Shown: positions 26,801 through 36,135 of the stretch, one piece after another
Layout: every line of letters begins with the position of its first letter
Position numbering within the stretch: position 1 is the stretch's first letter
From: an uncultured Chloroflexia bacterium
GTDB taxonomy: Bacteria; Chloroflexota; Limnocylindria; Limnocylindrales; CSP1-4
Assembly (NCBI GenBank): GCA_963712745.1
Contig: CAVQJC010000012.1
Span: 13,319-77,318 of the forward strand
Direction of reading: 5' to 3'
Length of the DNA: 64,000 nucleotides
Translations under genes and position numbers: made by a program
Notes under the pieces: generated by a model
The model's input: only the letters and a program-made list of their open reading frames with translations
What the model was told of the DNA's origin: nothing
Databases searched by the model: none

Positions 26801-29800
26801 GGGAGACGAACTCGTAGCCCTTGAGGCCGACCTCGTCGAGGACGAGGGCCTTGTTGGCCGTGTACGTGTTGGCCACGCCACTGGTGACGGGCGTGCCGTC
26901 GACGCTGATGCCGAACTGGTCGGGCTTGGCGTCGCCACCGTGGTTGTTGTCGACCTTCTTGGTGAGCGTCAGCTTCGGACCGATGTCCTGGTTGACGATG
27001 GTGCAGTCGACGTCGTCACCGGGCTGCAGGGTGACCGTGCCCTTGAGGGCGTCCGGGCAGACCTGGTCGCCGGTGATCTCGACGAACTCGTAACCCTTGA
27101 GGCCGACCTCGTCGATGACGAGGGCCTTGTTGGCCACGTAGGTGTTCGTGGCGCCACTGGTCACAGGGGTGCCGTCGACGCTGATGCCGAACTGGTCGGG
27201 CTTGGCGTCGCCACCGTTGTTGTTGTTGACCTTCTTGGTGAGGGTCAGCTTGGGTGCGATGTCCTGGTTGGTGATGATGCACTCGACGTCGTCACCCGGC
27301 TTGAGGGTGACGGTGCCCTTGAGGGCATCGGGGCAGGCGTCGTCGCCGGTGAGGGAGACGAACTCGTAGCCCTTGAGGCCGACCTCGTCGAGGACGAGGG
27401 CCTTGTTGGCCGTGTACGTGTTGGCCACGCCACTGGTGACGGGCGTGCCGTCGACGCTGATGCCGAACTGGTCGGGCTTGGCGTCGCCACCGTGGTTGTT
27501 GTCGACCTTCTTGGTGAGCGTCAGCTTCGGACCGATGTCCTGGTTGACGATGGTGCAGTCGACGTCGTCACCGGGCTGCAGGGTGACCGTGCCCTTGAGG
27601 GCGTCCGGGCAGACCTGGTCGCCGGTGATCTCGACGAACTCGTAACCCTTGAGGCCGACCTCGTCGATGACGAGGGCCTTGTTGGCCACGTAGGTGTTCG
27701 TGGCGCCACTGGTCACAGGGGTGCCGTCGACGCTGATGCCGAACTGGTCGGGCTTGGCGTCGCCACCGTTGTTGTTGTTGACCTTCTTGGTGAGGGTCAG
27801 CTTGGGTGCGATGTCCTGGTTGGTGATGATGCACTCGACGTCGTCACCCGGCTTGAGGGTGACGGTGCCCTTGAGGGCATCGGGGCAGGCGTCGTCGCCG
27901 GTGAGGGAGACGAACTCGTAGCCCTTGAGGCCGACCTCGTCGAGGACGAGGGCCTTGTTGGCCGTGTACGTGTTGGCCACGCCACTGGTGACGGGCGTGC
28001 CGTCGACGCTGATGCCGAACTGGTCGGGCTTGGCGTCGCCACCGTGGTTGTTGTCGACCTTCTTGGTGAGCGTCAGCTTCGGACCGATGTCCTGGTTGAC
28101 GATGGTGCAGTCGACGTCGTCACCGGGCTGCAGGGTGACCGTGCCCTTGAGGGCGTCCGGGCAGACCTGGTCGCCGGTGATCTCGACGAACTCGTAACCC
28201 TTGAGGCCGACCTCGTCGATGACGAGGGCCTTGTTGGCCACGTAGGTGTTCGTGGCGCCACTGGTCACAGGGGTGCCGTCGACGCTGATGCCGAACTGGT
28301 CGGGCTTGGCGTCGCCACCGTTGTTGTTGTTGACCTTCTTGGTGAGGGTCAGCTTGGGTGCGATGTCCTGGTTGGTGATGATGCACTCGACGTCGTCACC
28401 CGGCTTGAGGGTGACGGTGCCCTTGAGGGCATCGGGGCAGGCGTCGTCGCCGGTGAGGGAGACGAACTCGTAGCCCTTGAGGCCGACCTCGTCGAGGACG
28501 AGGGCCTTGTTGGCCGTGTACGTGTTGGCCACGCCACTGGTGACGGGCGTGCCGTCGACGCTGATGCCGAACTGGTCAGGGGTGGCCTTGCCACCGTGGT
28601 TGTTGTCGACCTTCTTGGTGAGCGTCAGCTTGCCTTCGGTGGGCTCGTTGCGGAAGGTGCAGGTGATGACGTCGTTGTTGCCGAGCGTCAGCTTGACGCC
28701 GTTGTCTGCCGCGTTGTTGTCGACGGTGACATTCGCGCCCTGGTTGGTCACGCACTTGGCGTTCTTATCGCCGGCCCAGGTGACGAGCGACCAGCCGTTG
28801 CCGAGCCGGGCGTCCGTCTCCTTGACGGTGGCTGTGACGTCGCCCGTAAGGGCGAAGTTGAAGTTGACGGCGCCGCCGCCGTTGGTCTTGCCGTTGGCCG
28901 GTTCGGAGGTGATCGCCACGGCCGGGTTAGAGGAGGCCTCGTACTGCCAGCCTGATTCGGGTGTCCAACCACCCTTGCCGTCAGGGACTTCCTTGACGAC
29001 GGTGATCGAACCGCCACAGAGCTCCAGAGCGATCTTCTTCAGTGCCTGGCCAAGCTCGTCCCAGTCGCCGACTGCGTAGGCGTCGCCGGGGCCGGACACG
29101 AGCACAAGGTTCGTCGGATTGCTGACGGCCTGGCCCACACCGATCGCGAGGATCGTGGGCTTGCTGGGCAACGCCTTGAGCGAGTTGGCGGACAGGATGC
29201 CGGCCTCGACGTCAGCGAGGTGGACGGTGCCACCCTCGTAGTTCTGGCTGTCACCGTAGGTCGTCGGATTGCCGTCAGAGACCTTGACGACGACCTGGGC
29301 ATCCGGGGCCAGCGCCGCGACCGTGCGGAAGGCGCTGTCCCAGTTGGTGCCGCCGTCGGGATTGTTGACCTTGTCGATGTCCTGGTGGACGGCGGTAGTG
29401 CTGCTCAGCACGCTGTCCCAGGAGCCATCTGACTCCTCGCGGCCAAGCCAACTGAAGCTGAAGACACGGAACTCCGTGGGCGTGCCCTTGAACACGTCGA
29501 CGAAGTCCTTGGCGGCACTCCGCAGGGTTCCGTTCTCTTCGCTCGTGGAACCGGACTCGTCCAGCAGGAGCGCGATCTTCAGGCCGCACGCCTTCGGGAC
29601 GGTGTTGTTGTCCTTGCGGTTGACGAAGACCGGCGTCGTCGTGGTCTGGCCCGACTGGACGACGGCATCGTAGTGATACGTTTGGTTGCTCTGGTTCGTG
29701 TTCGAGCCGCTGCCATAGGCAATGGCCGGAATGATGTTCCAGCCGCTTGGCGCGGTCTTCTCCGTGACCGTGTAGGTATCGGGATCGAGGTTCACAGAGA

Positions 29801-31139
29801 CCTGGCCACCGACCGTCTGGCCGGTCGTGGTGGTCGAACCGTTCTTGACCTCGAAGGTAGCGCCATCGAGCGGCTTGGCGATGTTGGTCCGGCTGGTGCC
29901 GTTCCTGTAACCACCCTTCCTGACTACGAGTTGACCCTGCTCGACGGCGGCCGGGGCGACTCGCGTGGCCTTCGTCGCCTTGGGCGCTGCGGGTGCTTCG
30001 ACGATGGGCTCTTCGGTCGCCTCAGGCTGGGCGAGGGCATCTGCGAGCGGGTCGACGACGCACTCGCCGGTGATCAGATCGATGATGCAGTCGTTGGCCG
30101 GCTCTTCGGCGACCGGCTTCCCTTCGGCCGGGGCCTCGGTGGGCTCCTCGACCACGGTGTCTTCGGCCGGGGCCTCGGTGGGCTCCTCGACCACGGTGTC
30201 TTCGGCCGGGGCCTCGGTGGGCTCCTCGACCACGATGTCTTCGGCCGGGGCCTCGGTGGGCTCCTCGACCACGATGTCTTCGGCCGGGGCCTCGGTGGGC
30301 TCCTCGACCACGATGTCTTCGGCCGGGGCCTCGGTGGGCTCCTCGACCACGATGTCTTCGGCCGGGGCCTCGGTGGGCTCCTCGACCACGATGTCTTCGG
30401 CCGGGGCCTCGGTGGGCTCCTCGACCTTGGGCAGCTCGACCTTGGGCAGCTCGACCTGGGGCAGGTCGCTGACGACCAGCTCGTCAACGGCCGGAGCGAC
30501 CGCAGTCTCGGCTGCGCGGATCTTGATCTTGATCTTGGCCTTCATATCGCCGCGCTTGGCGATGAGGCGGGTGCGGCCGGGCTCGTCGCCGGCGAAGACG
30601 CGGATCTTCTTGGCCTTGTCCTTGGAGGCCCGCGCGACGGACTCGTCACGCATGATCCAGTCGACATTCACGACCTTGCAGAGGTCATCGGCGCTGGGCT
30701 TGCTGTCGGCGCCAAAGGGAGAGGCATCCCCGGCGGGACATTCGTAGGCACGGACCTTCTTCTTGACCCCGCCCACCTCAAGCTTGATGACCTTGGGGTG
30801 GATGACGAGCACCATCTCGGGCTCGACCGGCTCAGCCTTGGGCTCGACCTTGAGCGGCTCGAGGGCCGGTGCGGCCTTCTTGGGCTCAGCCGTCCTGGGC
30901 GCGGGCTCGGACTTCTCGGCCTTCTTGACCGTGGGTCCGGGCTCCTCTGGTTCAGCTGGTTGCTCCGGCGCCGGATCGGACTGCTGCTCGGCAGCGGCCG
31001 GGTCGTGGGATGCAAGTGCATCCTCTTGGGCCAGTACCGACAACGGCGCAAAGACCAGCGTTGTCAGCAATAGGATCGCCTGCAGCACAGCCAGCAAGGC
31101 CATGCGCGAACGACCCCCACGGTTCGTGGACGAATACAT
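23871..31139 (-). CDS. giant surface adhesin: vWA domain, CnaB/SpaA-like repeats, DUF11-like Ig domains, C-terminal sorting signal
   Basis: Signal peptide; MIDAS DESGS...GGTNW...SDGNP; nine 92-aa KLTLTK...NQD repeats; ITYTITATNxG domains; QPPTD + TM + RNRR. Confidence 0.9.
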   Translation of the reverse strand: MYSSTNRGGRSRMALLAVLQAILLLTTLVFAPLSVLAQEDALASHDPAAAEQQSDPAPEQPAEPEEPGPTVKKAEKSEPAPRTAEPKKAAPALEPLKVEPKAEPVEPEMVLVIHPKVIKLEVGGVKKKVRAYECPAGDASPFGADSKPSADDLCKVVNVDWIMRDESVARASKDKAKKIRVFAGDEPGRTRLIAKRGDMKAKIKIKIRAAETAVAPAVDELVVSDLPQVELPKVELPKVEEPTEAPAEDIVVEEPTEAPAEDIVVEEPTEAPAEDIVVEEPTEAPAEDIVVEEPTEAPAEDIVVEEPTEAPAEDTVVEEPTEAPAEDTVVEEPTEAPAEGKPVAEEPANDCIIDLITGECVVDPLADALAQPEATEEPIVEAPAAPKATKATRVAPAAVEQGQLVVRKGGYRNGTSRTNIAKPLDGATFEVKNGSTTTTGQTVGGQVSVNLDPDTYTVTEKTAPSGWNIIPAIAYGSGSNTNQSNQTYHYDAVVQSGQTTTTPVFVNRKDNNTVPKACGLKIALLLDESGSTSEENGTLRSAAKDFVDVFKGTPTEFRVFSFSWLGREESDGSWDSVLSSTTAVHQDIDKVNNPDGGTNWDSAFRTVAALAPDAQVVVKVSDGNPTTYGDSQNYEGGTVHLADVEAGILSANSLKALPSKPTILAIGVGQAVSNPTNLVLVSGPGDAYAVGDWDELGQALKKIALELCGGSITVVKEVPDGKGGWTPESGWQYEASSNPAVAITSEPANGKTNGGGAVNFNFALTGDVTATVKETDARLGNGWSLVTWAGDKNAKCVTNQGANVTVDNNAADNGVKLTLGNNDVITCTFRNEPTEGKLTLTKKVDNNHGGKATPDQFGISVDGTPVTSGVANTYTANKALVLDEVGLKGYEFVSLTGDDACPDALKGTVTLKPGDDVECIITNQDIAPKLTLTKKVNNNNGGDAKPDQFGISVDGTPVTSGATNTYVANKALVIDEVGLKGYEFVEITGDQVCPDALKGTVTLQPGDDVDCTIVNQDIGPKLTLTKKVDNNHGGDAKPDQFGISVDGTPVTSGVANTYTANKALVLDEVGLKGYEFVSLTGDDACPDALKGTVTLKPGDDVECIITNQDIAPKLTLTKKVNNNNGGDAKPDQFGISVDGTPVTSGATNTYVANKALVIDEVGLKGYEFVEITGDQVCPDALKGTVTLQPGDDVDCTIVNQDIGPKLTLTKKVDNNHGGDAKPDQFGISVDGTPVTSGVANTYTANKALVLDEVGLKGYEFVSLTGDDACPDALKGTVTLKPGDDVECIITNQDIAPKLTLTKKVNNNNGGDAKPDQFGISVDGTPVTSGATNTYVANKALVIDEVGLKGYEFVEITGDQVCPDALKGTVTLQPGDDVDCTIVNQDIGPKLTLTKKVDNNHGGDAKPDQFGISVDGTPVTSGVANTYTANKALVLDEVGLKGYEFVSLTGDDACPDALKGTVTLKPGDDVECIITNQDIAPKLTLTKKVNNNNGGDAKPDQFGISVDGTPVTSGATNTYVANKALVIDEVGLKGYEFVEITGDQVCPDALKGTVTLQPGDDVDCTIVNQDIGPKLTLTKKVDNNHGGKATPDQFGISVDGTPVTSGVANTYTANKALVLDEVGLKGYEFVSLTGDDACPDALKGTVTLKPGDDVECIITNQDIAPKLTLTKAIVGGPGELEDFIPYIDQDEVEWAVANELKAGVEYTASEVMDIPDYVAGDWTGACAADGTVTLAVGDELTCEVTNYHAALKITKTADPEFYDEVDDLITYTITATNVGQTKLTDVDVTDKFPGGLDDFSCVLDDAPGDKVDLPVELGVGDSVICTATHSITEADLEAGQVYNQACADADEVRDEVCDDETVLRSQLTIVKKADREYYSAVGDVINYTVTATNAGKTALTKVDVTDDLTAVGDLDNWVCKLNGAGAPLSFPVPTLAIADQIICTASYTIVAGDMDVPPGKVLNAACADSVETAKVCDDVETPVAKLKIVKEASTDQYAEAGEKIEYTITATNIGVAALTDVDITDSLLDGLPWTCTVGSDEVTLPVDKLLSGQAIECTATYTTTPTDVENGQVYNQACVDSDQVGDAPDLICDEVTVDRIAVDLIKDVDKNGLPWPGGTFNYTLTIQNLSVVPVEITTLTDTQSGIADGFAACDPGLMGTILEPYGDDGDTATCNYSVDHWDTGIYPNTAEVIVTDAKKRTATDKDEKAVEVPKRSTQEIDITLKKVPFVDGEVVDSVESGTEVTFVLTFSHTVTSTPIYLYELWDDPEDDNLLDSNNPNIKDNTCEGLYGTVVEPNVDHKCQFTVELVGDLDTPHKDTAHIKVTDVNPLVPPPGITPRFAEAKDDATVKFIGGGGKSTGGGKSQPPTDMLLVTDSLSAATDDGEPFGGPFNWAIWLMLSALTIVSAGWIIRHQRLAEVRNRR
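26141..28633. repeat. nine 276-bp coding repeats alternating A/B (552-bp period)
   Basis: Near-identical blocks; shadow ORFs recur every 552 nt (26269, 26821, 27373, 27925, 28477). Confidence 0.97.
30122..30426. repeat. 39-bp coding tandem repeat, about 8 copies (EEPTEAPAED[I/T]VV)
   Basis: cttcggccggggcctcggtgggctcctcgaccacg[a/g]tgt at 39-nt spacing. Confidence 0.95.
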
Positions 31140-31567
31140 CGATGCCTCTCCTTCTCGGGCTAGGGACCTGCCCGGCGCCAGACCATTGGCCTGACCGATG
31201 AATGCGCTCCGCTTGTTCTGACCCGGAGCTGCTGCAGTTGGCGACCGATAGGCTCGGAACGGTCGCCGACCGCAGGAGAGTCAGTCTCAGGTCCGGGTTA
31301 CTTATTGACAAGTGGTCCCAGGACCTTCGGGCTAGAAACGGTGACCGACGGCAACGTCAAGCCCGCACAAGACCTCACGGGACCACACGTCTGCACAGCG
31401 GACCACCCTGTTCCCCCCGATCCTGCATAGGGGTCACCCGGACCCGTCGCCACCGCCAGCACCAGCCCGGGCCAGCCCGGGGGCCCGATCAGCCGAAAGT
31501 ACTACCCGCCACCGCGCGCGTTCGCCATCGACATCCTCGTCGTCCAGACACGTAGCATGGATGCGCA

Positions 31568-33160
31568 ATGCGCCGAATCGCCACCCTCTCACTCGCGCTG
31601 CTGGCCATGGCCACGCTGGCCATGCCTGCCCATGGCGCCGACTACCCCGCCAAGGACAGCGGCTACCACTCCTACAAGGAGATGGTCAGGCACATCAGGT
31701 CCGTCGCCGCCAAGTACCCCAACATCGTGCGTGTCTTCTCCATCGGCCTGAGCCACGAAGGCCGCAAGTTGTGGGCGGCGGAGGTGAGCGACAAGGTGGG
31801 CAAGGATGAGGGCGAACCCGAGGTCCTCTTCGACGGGCTGCACCACGCGCGGGAGCATCTGAGCGCCGAGATGCCCATCTACATCCTCGACCTGCTCACG
31901 AAGCAGTACGGCAAGTCCTCCGACTTGGGCCGACGCGTCACCAGGCTGGTCGATACGCGGCGGACCTGGCTCGTGTTCATGGTCAACCCCGACGGCCTGC
32001 AGTACGACCTGACCGGCGCTCCCTACCGCCACTGGCGCAAGAATCGCCAGCCGACGTCGGGTTCGGGCAATGTCGGCACGGATCTCAACCGAAACTATGG
32101 GTACAGGTTCGGCTGCTGCGGGGGCTCGTCGGGCGATCCGGCAGCCTGGGACTACCGCGGGCCGCGCGCCTGGTCCGCACCCGAGACCCGCGCCCTGCGC
32201 GGCTTCATCGAGGGCCGGCGGATCGGTGGCCAACAGCGGATCCGCGCACACATCACCTTCCACACCGCCGGCGAACTGGTGCTCTGGCCCTATGCCTACA
32301 CCCGGACCGGCCTGCCCTCGGACATGACCGACCTCGATCTGCGCACGTTCCGGGCACTGGGCAAGGCCATGGCCAAGCGGAGTGGGTACACGCCGATGCA
32401 GTCGAGCGCGCTGTATCGAAGCGACGGCGACATGATCGACTGGACGTACTCGCAACAGCGCATCTTCTCGTTTACGGTCGAGCTGTACCCGACGGGCGGG
32501 AACACGCCCCAGAACCACTACCCGCCCGACGACATCATCAGCCGCGAGACCAAGCGGAACCGCGAGATGGTCCTGTACCTCATCAAGAAGGCTTCATGTC
32601 CCTATGCCGTCCTCGGTGCGACCGAGGCCCGGGTCAACTGCGGACCCTTCTTCGATGACCTTGAGGTGTGGCGGGGGTGGCGCGCCGACCCCCAGGGCAC
32701 CGACAGCGCCTCCGACGGCACCTGGCAGCGCGGCGACCCGCAGGGCGATGTCCTGCAGCTGGGCTCGGCCGTGTCCGGGCGGTCGGCCCTGGTTACCGGC
32801 CGCAAGGCGGGTCACGACGTGGACGGTGGTCGCACCAGCGTTCGTTCCCCGCTGTTCACGCTGCCGACCGGCCGGAAGGCCACGCTGAAGCTGCGCTACT
32901 GGGTGGGCCTGTCCAAAGGCGCCGGCGACGACGACGGATTCGCCATCTACCTGGTGGGCAAGGACGGCAAGCGACTGAGCCGGCTGCTGGAGGTCTCGGG
33001 CACGGGCCGGAAGCGGACGCCGGCCTGGAAACGCCTTCAGAGGACGCTGCCCAAGAGCCTGCGGGGCAAGCGCGTGGCTATCGAGCTGGCGGCCTACGAC
33101 AAGGGCAAAGGCGCCATCGTCGAGGCCGGCGTCGACCAGGTCCGCGTGTATCTCGACTGA
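31568..33160 (+). CDS. secreted M14 zinc carboxypeptidase (carboxypeptidase T-like) with C-terminal beta domain
   Basis: HHARE, NPDG, WRKN, DLNRNY, TFH, ELYP. Confidence 0.92.
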   Translation: MRRIATLSLALLAMATLAMPAHGADYPAKDSGYHSYKEMVRHIRSVAAKYPNIVRVFSIGLSHEGRKLWAAEVSDKVGKDEGEPEVLFDGLHHAREHLSAEMPIYILDLLTKQYGKSSDLGRRVTRLVDTRRTWLVFMVNPDGLQYDLTGAPYRHWRKNRQPTSGSGNVGTDLNRNYGYRFGCCGGSSGDPAAWDYRGPRAWSAPETRALRGFIEGRRIGGQQRIRAHITFHTAGELVLWPYAYTRTGLPSDMTDLDLRTFRALGKAMAKRSGYTPMQSSALYRSDGDMIDWTYSQQRIFSFTVELYPTGGNTPQNHYPPDDIISRETKRNREMVLYLIKKASCPYAVLGATEARVNCGPFFDDLEVWRGWRADPQGTDSASDGTWQRGDPQGDVLQLGSAVSGRSALVTGRKAGHDVDGGRTSVRSPLFTLPTGRKATLKLRYWVGLSKGAGDDDGFAIYLVGKDGKRLSRLLEVSGTGRKRTPAWKRLQRTLPKSLRGKRVAIELAAYDKGKGAIVEAGVDQVRVYLD

Positions 33161-33354
33161 GTCGAGCGCCGGCGCAGGGCTGCCCCGCCGGGAATCGTGG
33201 TGGCCAGCGGGCGCCGCCAGCGGGGACGGCTTCCACCCGCTGCGGGAACCCGCTACGATGCCTGTAGTGCCCGTCCCGCGGTGTGGCGCTGGACGGTTCA
33301 GACCCGTCTTGGGGGGCGACGTTTTCATGCGCCCCTGGACCGAAGGAGGAATGC

Positions 33355-34440
33355 ATGCGCAGGTTCACTACCGCATCCTTGGCGCTCACGCTCGCCGCCA
33401 CCAGTGCCTTCGCCGGCGCTGCCGCTGTCATGGCCCAGGATGGCTCTGACCTCAAGATCGGCCTCGTCACCGACGTCGGAACGATCAACGACCGTAACTT
33501 CAACCAGTTCTCCTGGGAGGGCACGCTCGCCGGCGCGGAGGCCGTAGGCGCGCCCGAGCCGCAGTACGCCATCAGCCAGGCGTCCGCCGACATCGCGCCC
33601 AACATCCAGGCGTTCGTCGACCAGGGCTACGACATCGTCGTGACCGTCGGCAACGCCGCCGGCGACGACACGCTGGCAGCCGCCGAAGCCAACCCCGACA
33701 CCTGGTTCGTAGGTGTCGACCAGGCCCCGCCCGAGGGCGTGGAGAACTACATCGGTCTCCAGTGGCTCGAGGATCAGCCCGGGTATCTGGCCGGCGTCGT
33801 GGCGGCATCGATCAGCGAGACGGGCCACGTCGCCGCGATCGGCGGCACCGCCGTCATCCCCGCCGTGGTCAACTACATCGAGGGCTACGCCAACGGCGCA
33901 CGCTCGGTCAACCCCGACGCCGAGGTCATGGTCGCCTACGTCTCCGAGGCAGCGGACGCGACGGCCTTCGCTGACCCGGCCGGTGGCACCACCTTCACCC
34001 AGCAGCTGCTGGCGCAGGACCCCGACATCGACGTCGTGTTCCAGGTCGCCGGCCTCACCGGCAACGGCGTGCTGCAGGCCGCCTGCGACGCGAACATCAA
34101 GGCCATCGGCGTCGACGTCGACCAGTACCTCTCCACCCCTGAGACGGCGCAGTGCACCATCACCAGCGCTGAGAAGAAGCTCACGAACAGCGTGAACAGC
34201 GCTATCGTCGGCATCGTCAGTGGCAACCCCGGTGCCGACGGCACCCCCAGCGTCGGCAGGAACATCCTTGGCATCGACACCCAGGACGTGGGCCTGGCCC
34301 CGTTCCACGAGTTCGAGGACCTCATCAGCGATGAGACCCGCGCGGCCATCGCCGCTGCTGAAGCCGGCCTCGCCGACGGGTCGCTCACGGCCTGCGAGCA
34401 GGACGAGACCACCGGGTACTGCGCGCAGACGCTGCCCTAA
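33355..34440 (+). CDS. BMP-family ABC substrate-binding protein (nucleoside-type)
   Basis: LVTDVGTINDRNFNQ, GYLAG, VFQVAGLTGNG, IGVDVDQ; AGGAGG RBS. Confidence 0.92.
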   Translation: MRRFTTASLALTLAATSAFAGAAAVMAQDGSDLKIGLVTDVGTINDRNFNQFSWEGTLAGAEAVGAPEPQYAISQASADIAPNIQAFVDQGYDIVVTVGNAAGDDTLAAAEANPDTWFVGVDQAPPEGVENYIGLQWLEDQPGYLAGVVAASISETGHVAAIGGTAVIPAVVNYIEGYANGARSVNPDAEVMVAYVSEAADATAFADPAGGTTFTQQLLAQDPDIDVVFQVAGLTGNGVLQAACDANIKAIGVDVDQYLSTPETAQCTITSAEKKLTNSVNSAIVGIVSGNPGADGTPSVGRNILGIDTQDVGLAPFHEFEDLISDETRAAIAAAEAGLADGSLTACEQDETTGYCAQTLP

Positions 34441-34470
34441 CCCAAGCGCAAGTCAACCGCTAGCGAGTTC

Positions 34471-34498
34471 AGCGGGCCGGCCGGTAGGCCGGCCCGCT
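34471..34498 (+). terminator. intercistronic hairpin after the binding-protein gene
   Basis: agcgggccggcc-ggta-ggccggcccgct, 12-bp stem. Confidence 0.6.
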
Positions 34499-34553
34499 AC
34501 TCTTAGCCAGTACAGACAGTTCCGAGGGACGCCAGCAGGGAGGCCAGACCGAC

Positions 34554-36135
34554 GTGACGGTCCCATCCGCGGACCTGCCGCCGGAGCAAGTCTCGGCACC
34601 GGCACTGGAGATGCGGGGCATCACCAAGCGATATCCCGGAGTCGTCGCGAACGACAGGATCGACCTCGAGATCAAGCCCGGTGAGATCCATGCCCTGCTG
34701 GGCGAGAACGGCGCCGGCAAATCCACCCTCATGAACGTCCTCTACGGGCTGGCCCGGCCGGACGAGGGCCAGATCCTGCTCGACGGCGAGGTCGTCGAGA
34801 TCGACCGATCCGACCGACGCTATCGAGCGTGGCATCAGCATGGTCCACCAGCACTTCATGCTCGTGCCGGTGTTGACGGTGGCCGACAACGTCCTCCTGG
34901 GCAAGGAGGCCATGCGCAATCGCATCTTCCTCGACAAGGGGGAGGCCCACCGTCGCATCCTCGAACTGGGACAGCGGTTCGGCTTCGACCTCGACCCGGA
35001 CGAGAAGGTAGGCGATCTCTCCGTCGGCTGGCAGCAGCGCGTGGAGATCCTCAAGGCGCTCTACCGGGAAGCGCGGATCCTGGTGCTCGACGAGCCCACG
35101 GCCGTGCTGACCCCACAGGAGACCGTCGAGATCTTCGCGGTCCTGCGGCGGCTCGCCGCCGAGGGTCACAGCATCATCTTCATCAGCCACAAGCTCTACG
35201 AGGTCCTGGAGGTCGCCGACCGCATCACGGTCATCCGGCGCGGCAAGGTGGTGGGCAGCCGCATCCCGGGCGAGACCGACGAGGACGACCTCGCCGAACT
35301 GATGGTCGGGCGAGAAGTCCAGCTGACGGTGGATCGCGGGGAGAGCCATCCGGCGGAGCCCATGCTCAAGGTCGAGGACCTCCGTGTGACGGGCGGTCAT
35401 GGCGGCGACGTCGTCGACGGCGTGAGCTTGGAGGTCAGGGCCGGCGAGATCCTCGGCGTGGCAGGGGTCGCCGGCAACGGCCAGGACGAGCTCGTCGGGG
35501 CCATCACCGGGCTGCGCCAGCCCCGGTCCGGCACCATCACCCTCGACGGCGAGGACGTGACCGGTGACGGTCCGCGTGCCCTACACGGCAAGAAGGTTGC
35601 CTATGTCCCCGCCGACCGGCATCGCTTCGGCCTGGTGCTCTCGTTCCCGCTCACCGACAACGTGGTGCTCACCGATTACTACATGGAGCCCTACTCACAC
35701 GGCATGATCCGCGACGAGAGCGCGATCGCCAAGCGAGCGGAAGAGGCCATCGCCCAGTACGACGTGCGGACGCCGGACGCCGGCGTCACCGCCGGCACGC
35801 TTTCTGGCGGCAACCAGCAGAAGCTCATCGTGGCCCGCGAGTTCGACCGCGACCCCAAGCTGCTCGTGCTCGACCAGCCCACGCGCGGCCTCGACGTGGG
35901 CAGTATCGAGTTCATCCACAAGCAGGTCATCCGCAAGCGTGACGCGGGGACCGCCGTGCTGCTGGTCAGCGCCGAGCTCGACGAGGTCCTGGAGATCTCC
36001 GACCGCATCGCGGTCATGTACCGCGGGCGGATCGTGGCCGTGATCGACGGCCGTACGGCCAACAAGGAGGAGGTTGGCCTGCTCATGGCCACCGGTGGAC
36101 GCGAAGGCGACGCGGGCCAGGAGGCGGTCTCGTGA
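34554..36135 (+). CDS. CUT2/nucleoside ABC ATP-binding protein (frameshift near 34806)
   Basis: GENGAGKST in one frame; [18 protein letters not shown] in the next. Confidence 0.9.

Noticed and set aside
25656-28955. 1099-aa + strand repetitive ORF
   Set aside because: Antisense shadow of the adhesin repeats.
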